Assembly: GCA_016748015.1 (NCBI GenBank)
Contig: JAAOMT010000134.1
Coordinates: 3,429 to 67,428, forward strand
DNA length: 64,000 nucleotides
Source: Geosiphon pyriformis uo1
Taxonomy: Eukaryota; Fungi; Glomeromycota
Direction: 5' to 3'
The number at the start of each line of letters is the position of its first letter. The stretch's first letter is position 1. Under the pieces are notes generated by a model. It was not told where the DNA came from and did not search any database. It worked only from the letters and a program-made list of their open reading frames with translations. Positions 25,601-38,886 of this stretch are shown in pieces. The translations under genes and the position numbers were made by a program.

Positions 25601-27445
25601 TTTACAGTCCCAGTAAACATAGCTCTTAATACACAGAATAAATCTTACCAGATTTTTCAACTTTTCCAACCAATTACCATTTCACTTTTTGGTAAACATT
25701 ACGAAATTTACACTTGTTCAAAACCCATCACTACCCAACAAATCTTTAAATCCAATAAACAAATCTGTTTAAAGCATGAAATCTTAATCCCAAACATTTA
25801 TATTCCCAAAGGAATGAAAAAATTTCAAGTTATATTCTACAACCCCAATAATTATCCTATTGTCTTATTGAACAAATTGGAGATTGGAATTATACACAGT
25901 AATATCTTTCAAAATGAAAACTTTTAAATTGTCTTTGATTTCATCGAAATTATAAGATATACACTACTTCCAAATCCAAACATCATTCTTACTACTAAAA
26001 ACTACCATCTTTTGGAAGAAAAACTCTCTAGAATCAACATGAGTCTCTTAAAACCCCAACAACAAAGACAATTAAAACAGCTAATAGCTGAATTTGCAGA
26101 TATTTTTGCAAAAAACAACAATGATCTTGAAAAAACTAATATTGTTCAACATCAAATCCACACAGGAGATGCTCTGCCAAAATGACAACAAGCCTATCGA
26201 GTTCCACCTGCTAGCCACCAGTTTATCAGAGAAGAGGTTCAAAGAATGCTCAATAACAAATTGATTTAACCATCAAGAAGTCCTTGGGTCTCATCAATAA
26301 TACTTATTAAAAAGAAAAACAGAAAAATCAGATTCTGTGTAAATTACTATCAGCTCAACAGCATAACAATTGAAGATGCCTATTTTCTTCCAAGAATTGA
26401 TAATATGTTGGATGCCTTAGGAAAAGCCAAGTTCTTCTCAACTTTGGACTTGGAAAGTAGATACTGACAAGTTGAAATGGACCCAAAAGATCGACCCAAA
26501 ACAGCATTCACCACTCAAGGAGGGAATTATGAGTTCAATGTTATGCTTTTTAAACTTTGCAATACACCAGCAACATTCCAACAACTCATAGATGTTGTAT
26601 ATAAAGGACTCTTATGGCAATCAGTAGTTGTTTATCTTAATAACACTAATGTATACTTACCAAGCTTTAAAGCCTATCTTATCTACCTGCAAGAAGTTTT
26701 TCAATGATTATGAAAAGCAGGATTGAAGTTGAACATTAAGAAATATTACTTTGAAAAAACAAGCTTAATTTTTCTTGAACACATTATCAGCAAAGATGGA
26801 GTCAAACCAAATTCTAGAACAATCAGTGCTGTCAAAAACTTCCAAACACCCAAAAATACCACAGAGCTGTGAGGATTTGTAGGATTAGCCTCATATTATC
26901 AGAAATTTATTAAAGGATTTTTAGAAATTGCTAAACCACTCAATTATCTCATCAACAAAAATGTGTCATACAAATGGACTGAAAAACAACAGAAAGCTTT
27001 TGAAATTCTTAAAACAAAACTAACAACAGCTTTAGTTCTTGCTTACCCAGACTTTAACAAATGATTTCAACTAATCACTAATGCTTCACACATAGCATTT
27101 GGTGCTATTCTATCACAATTAGATGAAAATGGCTAGAAACAAGTCATTGTCTATGCTAATAAAATACTCAAATCAACAAAACTCAAATATGGTTCAACTG
27201 AATTAGAAGCTGCTGCAGTCATTTGGGCTTTTAAACATTTTCAACAATATCTGAAGAATGGAAAAGAATTTGACATTATAACTAACAATATTGGCCTTAA
27301 ATAGCTCAATAAAAAGAAAACTGAACAAAGTACCAAACAGTCTCGATGGAATAACTTCCTAGCAGATTACAAATATATTGTATACTACAAACCAGGAAAA
27401 TTACACACAAATGTTAATAGTCTCTTCAGAATGAGACAAGATTAA
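22614..27445 (+). pseudogene. A1 ORF1, 3' part: capsid, CCHC, protease, Cys-rich domain, dUTPase (~25215-25597), RT, RNase H
   Basis: CYYCGIPRHWKQDC; ILDSG; GVIDAGYT...QGFGSTG; KTAFTTQGGNYEFNVM; ends RMRQD*. Confidence 0.9.
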
Positions 27446-27501
27446 TAACACCAACAAATCGACTATAACTTACCAACCTACCAACAAATAATAAAGCAAC
27501 A

Positions 27502-28887
27502 ATAAATTCCAGAAATTACAACAATTTTAAAAACTATTTGGAGACTCTTATCATACCAGAAAATTAGTTCCCAAGTAAAAAACATCGATTACAACACCAA
27601 TCCAAACAATATTTTATACACCACAACAAAATCTATTACAAAAATCACAGAAATCCAAACCAACTACTCAGATTAATACAAGAGAATGAAAAAGAAACAA
27701 TTCTATACAACATACACACAGATCTTTCTTCAGCACATTTGGGAAGAGATGGAACAATTCAAAGAACTCTTAAACATTATTTTTGGCCTTACATGCAAAA
27801 AGACATTCAACAATATGTAGAATCTTGTGATAGTTGTCAAAAAAGAGAAGGAACTCATCCCACAGAATCTTTAAATCCAATCAAAGTTGGACAATCTTTT
27901 GACAGAGTTGAAATTGATTTAGTCAGACCATTATCTATCACAACCCAAGGAAATCATTATATTGCAGTTGCAGTAGATTATCTTATCAAATGGCCTAAAG
28001 CTAGAGCCATCCAAAAAGCAGATGCAAAATTAGTAGCAAATTTCATCTATGAAAACATTATTTGTAGATATAGATGCCCAATTGAACTTTTATCTGATTA
28101 AGGAACACATTTTGTAAACAACTTAATACAAGAAATTTGTGAATGATTCAATGTCAAAAGACTTTTATCATCATCTTATTACCCTCAAACAAATAGACTT
28201 GTAGAACATTTCAACAGAACATTGTGTGAATCTTTAGCCAAAGTTTCAACAGATTTTAAACAAGAATGGGATATCTTTATTTCATTAGTGTTATTAGTAT
28301 ACAAAACACTAAAACAAGTTACTATAAAACACACACTATTTGATCTTACTTATGGAAGGACAGCAATATTACCAATTAATTTCACAGTAGAAACATACCC
28401 AGTACAACCAATTAATAAAGAAAACTTTCAAGAAACACTCCAAAGAAGAGCCTACACTCTCCTTAGTACATTGGAAGGAAAAAGACACATAGCAGCCTCT
28501 CATATTGAATACTTTCAAGCCTTACAAAAAGAAAAGCATGACAACAAACTGTTACTAATTACTAACGAATTTAAGATTGGAAATAAAGTTTTCTTACACA
28601 GAACTAAGGCTAAAAAACAATGGAGTGGAAAATTTGAACATAAATAGGATGGACCATTTTATATTCACAAAATTTTAGGCAATGGATTATACAAGTTAAG
28701 ACTTGATAACAAAGTACTAGCAAAAGTTGCACATGGAAATAGATTAAAACACTATCATTCCAGAAACAATCCTAAACCATTAATTCCACAAATTGGTAAA
28801 TATTCTTCTTTAGTTAATCCTAAAAATATTCCCCGAAATTTAGAACCAATAATTATAATTGAACAACAACCAAACTTGAACACTTAA
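27502..28887 (+). pseudogene. A1 ORF2, stand-alone integrase (start ATG decayed to ATA)
   Basis: ORFs 27739 and 28222 share a frame; HHCC, EIDLV, GPF. Confidence 0.85.
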
Positions 28888-29038
28888 TTTAACATAATTT
28901 TACAATAGTTCTTTTAATAATACACAAAAACAAAAATAATAAATAATACAAAAACACCCAAACCCAAAAACAAATAAAAATCCCATATTCAAAAATAATT
29001 TTCTTTATTCTTCTTTCTATTAGTTAACCATTTTTATT

Positions 29039-29746
29039 ATAATTATTTCCCAAAATATTCAACAAATATCCCAAAAATTAATGTTAGCCTTAAAAACACT
29101 TCCTGACTTATCCATAACGATTAATGGAAGTCAAATTAATTACATTCAGAAAGAAAACACAGCTCCAATAGTAAATAATTCTCAAAACTATCATTCCTAT
29201 AGAAAAAAAGCAAAAGGTCACTTTGAAAATAGGTTACCAGAACTTTTGAAGCAAGCACTAAAAGAAAACCTTTTAATTGCTTCTATTGACATTCCACCAA
29301 ATGCCACAATACAACAAAAACTTCTACTATTTCTTAATAAACAGAACAATAAACATACTCTTATATATAGATATTTTCATATTGGAAAAACACTTTATGA
29401 ACGAAAACTGGAATTTAAAGCAACCAATATCACTTCTGAGGCTATATGAAAACGAATTCACAATGAATTCAAGACAGCAGCTAGACCAACAAACACTTGT
29501 TACAAACTTAGAGCAGCATTTAGACTTTATAATTTATTCAATACTTGTAAAAACGTCTTACAAAATTCAATACTCCATTCAATGAAGATTCAATATATTG
29601 AAAAGCTTACAAAACTGAAATTTCAACAATTTTCAGACCAGATTACTTCAATTATCTTGGACCATTATCTTAACATCACAGATAGTGCTTGAACTTCGAC
29701 AGAGCTCAGTCTTGAGGAGGAAATTATGTTACCAGTAGAATTTTAG
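29039..29746 (+). pseudogene. A1 ORF3, unknown protein overlapping the PPT and 3' LTR
   Basis: One frame: NIQQISQKLMLALKT...YRYFHIGKTL...LRAAFRLYNLF...EEEIMLPVEF*. Confidence 0.8.
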
Positions 29747-30685
29747 CTATTAATTAGCACAAAATTACCCTTATAATTCCTATTATCAATTAGCATATAG
29801 TATCATTATTTCGATTATCACTTATTATTTAATCAAATTATCAAATATCATTACTTAATCAATAATCTGATTTGTACTTTAGAAATTAAGATGATCAAAT
29901 TACACAATACCCTAAACTATTTAATATAGTCAAAATTTGCCGAAATTAATGAAAATTGGCCGAAATAATCAAATAGTTCAGTAAAATAACTTGTAGTTTG
30001 CTGAAATGTATCTTTAGTTCACCCAAATTATAGCAAAGAGAAAAGTGCAAGTTCAAAGACTAGTACTACAACAAGTTGTATAAAAGAAAAGCTTCTCTTT
30101 TCAAAAAAATGTATCTTTTCATAGTATCTTACCATAGCATTCTACCTTAGATATCTTAATTGAAACAAATCACTTTTTATACATTCAAATAAAAATTAAA
30201 TATTTGAAAAACAAATCCTTAAAATTATTACACTTGAAATTCCCTCAACACAACTAACGTTTTGAAATTGATTAGCTACCAATTTCAATAAATTGTTAAT
30301 GACTCCAGGCCTGGATAGAAAACGTTTTTCTTGATAAAATTCTATTTCTTTTATTTTTCTTTTATTTTGTTATCATAATTATTAGGGTAGTCTACAGATG
30401 AGATTCCTGTAGAAGAGTTGACTTTTACAGCAAAGTAACTATACATTTTTAGTGAACTTCCAGATGAGCAATTCCTGGGAAAAAGTTGATATTTACTATA
30501 ACATAACTACATAAAGTAATTGGCAAGAAATTGGCCATTCCACTCATAAGCCCAGTAGTTTAAATTATAGGAAATAATTTGAAAATAAAAGTTATTGGAG
30601 ATCTAACTACTTCTTGAAAACGTGAATTTACAGCAAATCAACATTAATAACATTCAAAAAAAGAAACCAAAAACCTCCAGTAACA
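29727..30685 (+). repeat. A1 3' LTR, preceded by PPT GAGGAGGAAATTA
   Basis: Matches 848-1837; followed by TSD ACAG. Confidence 0.95.
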
Positions 30686-30689
30686 ACAG

Positions 30690-32009
30690 TCTTTGCAATT
30701 AGCAAATTAATTTCTTCAGCTTAAACCAAACATATTATTAAAGCAGTTTTAGTATATAGCTCCAATATTAAAACAGAGAGTTTATTTTTAAAAGGCAGTT
30801 TTATAGACAAAAGCTTACTAGTAATCTCTAAAACTTTGTATATGTGTTTAATTAAACCAATATTTATAATAATTACAACACCAAAACCCAAATAATCATG
30901 TTCTAAATTAAAGATAAACACTTAAATATTCTTAAATTTGTTAACAATTTATGAATGAACTTTTCTCTTTAATTTTGTTTCAATAATAATAAAAATCAAA
31001 TTGTTCATTTCTTTTTATGCCAACAAATAATATCCTCTTGTTTAACAGAGTTTTTCATATTTTTAACATTGTATTTAGCAATTTTCCAAATCAAATTGGT
31101 TATTGTTAGATAAAAGTGTTCAAATTTAAACTTTTATTGTCTATTTTGGCCAGCAGACTTATAACTATAATTGATAAATTGTTTATTTTATTTTCAAACC
31201 TCTTAATAATTGACTAATCCAAAATTTTTGCTTTTGTAATAGTCTTACTACTAGTGACTGCACCTAAATTTTCACTTATTACTATATTTGCTTTTTGATT
31301 TTGTAATAAAAAAATTACCAATAACTGATATTTAAGACTAAGTTGAAAAATTATTAATCTAAATACATCCAACTTCTTAGCTAGCTTACTTACTTGTTCT
31401 GTAAAACTAGTAAGATTACATTTAAGAACAGTAAACTTATTATTTATTTCTTTAAATATGAGTGGAAGAGACTTTACTTTCAATAAAGAGCCATAATTTA
31501 CTCAACTATTTTGCACAAAAAGAAGAAAAAATAAGAATTTACCAACAATTTTAGCCTAAAAAATATTACCAAAAAAAACAGAATACATAATAAATACCAA
31601 ATATTTGGCATAAAAGATGGCCAGTTTGTTTTTATCTTTTTCTAAAAAAACTTTATAAGATAAACTACCAAAAAAAACTTTCCTATTTACAGCACAATTT
31701 AATAATATATGATTCAAATTCTCACACTTTGCACACTTGGTAAAACCCAAACAAGACCAGTACAAATTGGCTCCTCATAACACAAATGTAGTTCTCATAA
31801 TAGTATCTAATAACTCAACAAAGTTAAAACAAACTACAATACATCTGGTCCAGACATATATAATTGGATAATAATTTATTGTACATATTTTTTTACTCAC
31901 AGATTTAATAAAATTCCAAATATTATAAACATTTGTTTTTATTAACAGTATATAAAGCAGTACTCTATTATAATTTCTTGTATTCTATGTTTTTTGTTTA
32001 TATCAGTTC
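30690..32009 (-). pseudogene. LINE L1a: ORF2 start (APE) and ORF1 C-terminal half
   Basis: NLIWKIAKYN (APE start); CAKCENLNHILLNC knuckle; collinear with L2. Confidence 0.75.
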
Positions 32010-32148
32010 TAATAATTTTTTTTTTATTACATTTAATGAGTGAAGTCCAAACATGGCCTAGTATCATACATTATATAAATGATCTAAACTAGGTGCAAAT
32101 CATGCATTATCAACATGTAACCAGCCACTTAGGCCAATCAAAACAACA

Positions 32149-35100
32149 CTATACACCTATATTAACAAAGATCAAATTCTCGATACTCAAAAAAAACAAA
32201 CAAGATTTACAAAACCCAAAACCAACACCCAAAGCATCTGCAATTTCTAACAACCTAATCACACCAGCCGAAAACACTGAAGAAAGGCCAGCAACTAAAA
32301 CAGGAATGGAACCATCATGTAGAATCAAATTGTTCTTCTCCATGAAAGCCCAGTGTTTGACATGAACTAACCAAATATCCTCCCAGAAAACAAGACAAAG
32401 CTCACACACAAAATTCACAATATTGAGACTTGTAATTTTTGAGTCCTTGAAAACAGCAACAGATTCACATTACCATTTATTGAGAACAAAACTCTTACAC
32501 AGAGCAGAGCCAACCTTCATGTCAGCAGCACAAGTGGCCAACAACTGCACAATGCATAAAAAAGAACAAAACAAACCAGAACGCACCAACCAAGCAAAAG
32601 CATGAGCATCCAACAGCTGAATGTGTGCAGCAGCATTGAAAGAACAAGAAAAGATGTGGTCTGAGACTTCAATATCACCACAGAACAAACATACTACACT
32701 GGGATAACACTTATCATAGAGTCTTTTGCATACAGCAACAGGAAGCTGACAATGTAGGACCTTTATAAAATACATCTGGAAGTCAGCAGTCTGCATGCTA
32801 GTAAAACTAGCAGCTAAGTGAGAATCCAGGTGCCAAACCAAAAATGATTTATACCAATCAATATCAGCACACAAGCTGCCCACCATGACCCAGAAACCAG
32901 AACCAACTTCATAACATGCTCAATAAACAGACCTAAAAACATCATGAATGAAATGTCTAGAGTTATCAGAAACTGCAGTACCACCCACCTTTAGAAAACA
33001 CTCACCAATCAAATGAGGCAGAAACCAATCCAAAAACACAGCATTCTTAGCCAGTTTATTAGCATGCTCATTGCCCAAGACACTTGAGTGATCTTTAACT
33101 TTGACCCAATTAACAACTAAATTCTTACAATGGATAACATTCAAGATGTGGTAACGTTTGATCCAACACCAATTTCTAAAATCTGAACAAACCAACAAAG
33201 ATTCTGTCTTGCATGCATCCAAAGCAGCTTGACTATCTGAGAACAAATCCCCATAATGAAAAAGAAGAACACACTCAAAAGCCAAAGCAATAGTCTGCAA
33301 TTCTATCATGATAGAAGAAACCAAACCAAACACCCCTACACTCAAACCTAAACTCACATCCTCGAAAAAAACAGCAGCACTAGCCTTCATACCTAAAGTC
33401 TCCAACTCATTAAGAGACCCATCCATATACACAAACAGACAACCAGCATCAACACTCAAGAGACTATTACTAATAATACCAAATCCATCAGACTGAAAAA
33501 TGTTAGAAGAGAAGCAGTCATCCAAAAGCAGAGGGTAGACAGATAAAAAATCCACCCCAACAAAAAAACAAACCAAAAACTCAAACCACAAGGAAACTGG
33601 GCCACAAAGATTTAACCACTTCCAATACTTGAATATTTTCTAATCAAAAACAACACTGTTCTGGTCATGCAACTGCTCCATAAAAACAATTCCATAATGC
33701 TAAAGGAAAATGACATATTTACAATAAACAGGCTCACTAAGAACAAAAAACAAAGAAATTCTATCATGGAGATGAAAAGCACTAACCAGAGAGCCACCCA
33801 GAAACAAATTACACCCAGAAAAAATACAGACCACACCAGCCAAAAAATTGTTCAAAAAATTTACTCTAACACAAGCCGGAAACTATAAAGAGTGACGAGG
33901 GTTCCAGCTAAAAACTTGAAGATCATGAGATTTGTGAGAGAACAACTGGCCCAAAATTCCAGCTGAATTTGCAAAAGAAACTGTAGAAGCAGATTTGCTC
34001 TCAGCCTGAATTTGCTCAAAAGATTTCAAATTGTATAAAAACAAATGATGAAGTGCATCACTGGGGAAATCATAAAAGAGATCAGATTTAGACTTCAAAC
34101 ATTTGCAGATCAGAGTGTCCCACTTATTACACACACTGAGATAAACATAACTAAACTGAATCCTATAGCCAATAATTGAAAACAGGACTGCTGACACCAA
34201 ATAAGCAAACTGCTTATCTAAGATTGTCTTTCTCAGAATAAAATTAACAAAAAAATGCACATCCAAATAAGCTTTAGCCAAACTAGACTTCAACAAACTC
34301 TTAGTTGATAAAAAAATATCCAGATAATAGTGAGGTTTATCTTTCTTTACGATAAAAATTGGTACACCACTAATAGTCAGATGTGGAGATGCTACCTGAC
34401 AATTAATGGGAATGGTCACAGTTTTGTTATTGTTTATAGAAATGTCATTAAATCTAAAAAATTCACCAGCAATGTTGAGAATGTGTTGTATAGCAGCCTG
34501 GCTATTACCAACTCAAATAGTATTATCAACAAAAACATCTGCAGTGAAAAATGACATCAATTTAGCTTGAGACTCTGCCCTGCCATTTTTGAAAACAAAA
34601 TGAGAATTCAACCTGTATCTACACATACTCTCTTGTCTCTTGACCTTACACAAAAGTGAATCATAGAAAATGTGCCAGAGAAAAAGTGAGAAAACCTCCC
34701 TCTGATCTAAATCATTATGAACATGATACCTATCAGTTAAACCAAAGTCTGTCATCACTCTGTTAACATAACCATTGTGAATCTCACCAAAAAATCTAAT
34801 GAACCTGTTACACATCTTAATCTTAACTAAGCTTCTTTTGAGATAAATTCATCCAACAGAATCATAGATCTTACACATGTCTTGTAACACCAGCCACAGC
34901 TTCCAGTTCTTTTCTAAAGCATCCTCAATCACAGAACCAATGGCAAAAATGGGAGATTGTGTTGATGTACTTTTCAAGACAGAGAAGTTGTCTTTATGAA
35001 GAATATCAAAAGTGCTGCAAGCTGAAGAAATTCTGTTTGAGAGAATCTTAGAAAGAATTTTGTGGGCTGTTTTTATCAATGCAATGGGATGGGTGTTCAT

Positions 35101-36826
35101 AAAAACACTCTTCCACTCATATGGTTTAGGAATCATCGAGACCCAGGCTTTCTTTCAAGGACCAGTAACAGCCTCGTAAACCAAACAACAATTCAAGAAC
35201 ACCAAAAGCATATCTAAAACTGATTTGTCACAGCACTTTCATAATTCATTCAAGATGCCAAAAAGACCAGCTGCTTTCCCATCTGGCAGATTTAATACTA
35301 CAACAAACATCTCATTAAAATCAATCGAGCTCATAACATTAGAAAAAGCACCATCAAAGACATAATCCAAGGGCTGATATTGATGAGTCCAATCTTCTGA
35401 GATATTAGTCACCACCTTACACTTCCTAGTCCATTCCTCTATTATCACATCTACCTTAGACTTGACCAACTCAGGCTTCAAGACTAGCTCATTGTCTACA
35501 ACTAAATGGTCCAATATCACTTTGCAAAAAGAATGCTCCAACACACTTCTGATGGTATGGTCTTTATTCAACTCGAAACTCTCCATTCTTTTATTAATAG
35601 CCTGCTTGATAGAGGACTCCTCAGCACATCTGGATTCTAGCAATTTGAAAGAGCAGTATAACTTTCTTGCCTTGGCCAGTATAGAACAAATAAGACCAAA
35701 ATTAAAATTTAAGAGAAAAAGAGATCTTACTGCTGATGCATTAGTAGAATCAAGCCTATTTTATACCTCCAGCAAAGAAGCAAAATCATCACTAAAGACT
35801 GAATGCAAAGTCTTAACCAATTTAGAAACTAGCAATTCCAGCTTATAAAATCTGGAAAACATCTTGGTAAAAACACCTTCAAAACTCTTGAACCACTTTT
35901 TTCTGAATGTTCCATTTGCTGAAAAAATTATGATCTTGTGAATAATGTCTCACATAGCATCCAAATCTGAAAACCTACTGACCGAAGAGAAATCATCCAA
36001 AAACATGATAGCATTGGCTGCCATAGATGCATTAAACTCACACTTTTTAGCATCATTCATATTTTTAACATTAAATTTTCAACAGTTCTTATTCACTTGT
36101 TTGAACAGCAAATTCAGTCAAACATCAAGCAAACCACCCAAACCCACAGAGACAGAAACAGCCATGTGATCAGTATCAAAATGGTTTATGACATCAGCCA
36201 CACTACAATTCACAATAGCATTAACCAAATTCGAGGAGACAAACACATAATCAATCATTTTTGAAACACCACAAGAATTGCATCAAGTGAGCACTTTCCC
36301 CATTTAAAAAATTCATCAAGCCCAAAATAAAACATTTTTTAAAACTAACACACTTTTGAGACCCATCCTTATTAAAATCACCACCGAGAACAATAAAAGA
36401 AGACTCATTAATGGCTTTTGCAATGAGAGAGTTGATTTCACTGGCTTAAGAGAACCAAACCAATGCAGAGACACCAGCATAAAGACCCAAAATTGACACA
36501 GAAAGTTTATTTTTGAACAACAGCTTAATAGACAGGAGCTGACCAGACACCTCAGAAACTTTATAAACATGTTTTGTTAAAGAATTGTTCATAGCAATAG
36601 CAATCTCAGAACCCATGTGACCAGAATCCAGGCCAGATGTGAACATCCAAACTCTATTGAATTTGTTAACTATTCACAGGTGAATCTTACTTTTAAGTTT
36701 TGTCTCAGTGAAAATTGAAACCAGATTGTTTATATCTTTGTGCTATCAAATAATATTAGCTTGTTTGGCTGGGTTATTTAAGCTCCTTATATTACACGTT
36801 GCAATTTTCCAGACAAGATTACTTAT
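32149..36826 (-). pseudogene. L2 ORF2: AP endonuclease, RT, RNase H, C-terminal Cys/His zinc finger
   Basis: WKIATCN, PDGKAAG, THPIALI, LQDMCKIYDSV, ADVFVDNT, YMDGS...SDSQAAL...GNEHANKLA, CLFCGDIEVSDHIFSC. Confidence 0.88.
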
Positions 36827-38781
36827 TGAGAAGAAAACAAAGCCGACAAACCCAAACCTGAGCACAAACAGTCCAGTTTTTTCAAAACAGACTCAACTGA
36901 AACTTCTAAAGCCACTATTTTGGATTCCAAATCACCTACTTTGGACGTCAAAACTTTAGAACTACTCAGACCAAGGTCAGAAACAGGGTCAGTAACAATC
37001 AACAGAGATGGAAAGAAAGACACTGGTGTAACATCCAGAGCCATATCTGAGTCCAAATTGGGTGCAACAGATGTGAGAACAACCAGAGGAGGGATAAGAA
37101 GTTTGGACACCAGAGGCACCAATTCCATGAAACTCAATTTTTTCATAATACCAGAAATCTGATCTGTTAAAAGCTCCAAAAAGCATTTCAGAGAAGCCAA
37201 CCAATCAACCAAATAAGAATTACTAAAAAAATTAGAGTCTATTGGCACAGACTTTGTGCCTAAAAATAAACTAGATTCTAAAGAACCCGACAAAACTACA
37301 CAAGAGAAAGAACTACCAGCAACCTGAGTCCAAGTTTTTTTACCAAAAAAAACTGGACAAATAATTAGCATCTGCTTCTTTTTATATATGTTGGCCAAAC
37401 AAATCTGATCCTGAAGAGTGACCACCCACTTACCATGAACACCAGAATTCCCATCCAATAAACACACAGTAGAGATATGACCCAATTGTTTATACTTAGT
37501 GCAACAAGCCAGAGAAAGACCAGCCCAGCACAAATTCACATTTTTATAAACTGGAATAGACCCAATAGCAGCCAATTTGGATGCTTTATTCTCAAAACAG
37601 ACTACTGCACATCTGTCACATACATAAAAACCAAAATTACAACCAATAAAACAAGTTCTCCCATCATATGATTCAAGTAAACCAGACAAATTGTGAGCAG
37701 TAGTACCAACTGGTAAAGTATAGAGCAAAGCCCTATACTGATTCCTAAATATCCAAGATTGTTTATCCTCAATTGCCAAAGCAACTCATACAGAATCCTT
37801 TCCCATAAAAACTGACTACTTGGAAGCAACTGAACTAGCTACTTCAGATGATTCATATTTAACCAAAGCTTTTTGCCACAGGCCAATCAATTGTATCTTG
37901 ATTGACACAATCTTTTCAAACTTAGAAAACACAGATTTTACAGCTGATCTAGAAAGATCGATTGGGATTTCCTTAACAACAATTATCTGATCCGAATGTT
38001 TGTTTACCTGTCTAACATCATCATTTATCACAATTTTTTTATGAATTGCTAATTTTCTAGCCTTTTTCAGACTCAATTCAGATGTAAAGAAGGATCTGAT
38101 GATTCCAGAAAATTTTGAGAGAGTTGATGCTCCTCCAAAACCATCAATTCAATAAAAGATTTTTTTTACTGTTATTAATTTATCACCATTTGTCTTTCCA
38201 GACACAGCAGCCAAATTCACATTCAAAGTGAACAATCTAACTGGCTCAAAGCTACGACTTTTCAAAACTTGTGATTTGGCTGATGGCAACCGATTGGACC
38301 CAGCAAACTTAGACTCAGGAAGCACCAACTTAGCATCATCATTACTCAAGTTTCTGAAAGAAGGTGTTTTTGGTGGTGGTTCCAAAATGTAGGTCTTTGT
38401 TCATGTTTTTCTAGGCATTGCATCGTCCTCCATATCATCAGTTTCAGAAGTGTTGGAATCCATATAACTAGTTTTTTTAGCCACCATGTTGCCCATGTTT
38501 TTAACATCAAACACCTCACCAACGCTGCTATCTTCACTCTCAATCTCGCTGCCCCAAGACACTTTGTGTTCACCACAGCCTGTTTGTAATATATTTCCAG
38601 GGATAAGTCCAGCTGATGAGTCCACCACAACTCCAGTAGTAACAGGTTTTTTTGATTTTTTGTATAAAAGATCCCAAGCATAAATACTTTCAACTCACAC
38701 TTTTTTCTTAGTCCTAGACTGGGATCTCAACCCAGCCAAACCAGTACCAGAACCACCAGCAGAAGAGCCTACTGGTTTCAT
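36823..38781 (-). pseudogene. L2 ORF1: RRM-like domains, CCHC knuckle, coiled-coil C-terminus
   Basis: Starts MKPVGSSAGG; VVKEIPIDL...VFSKFEKIVSIK; CTKYKQLGHISTVC; KVGDLESKIVALE. Confidence 0.8.
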
Positions 38782-38886
38782 TACAACAAAATAGGGTATG
38801 TTAGAAGAAATAACTAAAGATAATAAGGAGGAAGGGGAAAAGAAAAAGCTAAATTTTTGGCAATACAAATGCTCTCTTTTAATAAT

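Larger units (their letters stand above)
848..30685 (+). mobile_element. Ty3/Gypsy LTR retrotransposon A1 (family A), full length, interrupted in gag by A2
   Basis: Paired LTRs 848-1837 and 29727-30685; TSD ACAG at 844-847 and 30686-30689; PBS, PPT and PR-RT-RH-IN order. Confidence 0.95.
32017..38879 (-). mobile_element. Near full-length LINE L2 inserted in ORF1 of LINE L1a
   Basis: Poly(A) tail (T run 32016-32025); probable TSD TAATAAT at 32010-32016 and 38880-38886; L1a ORF1 rejoins across it. Confidence 0.85.
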
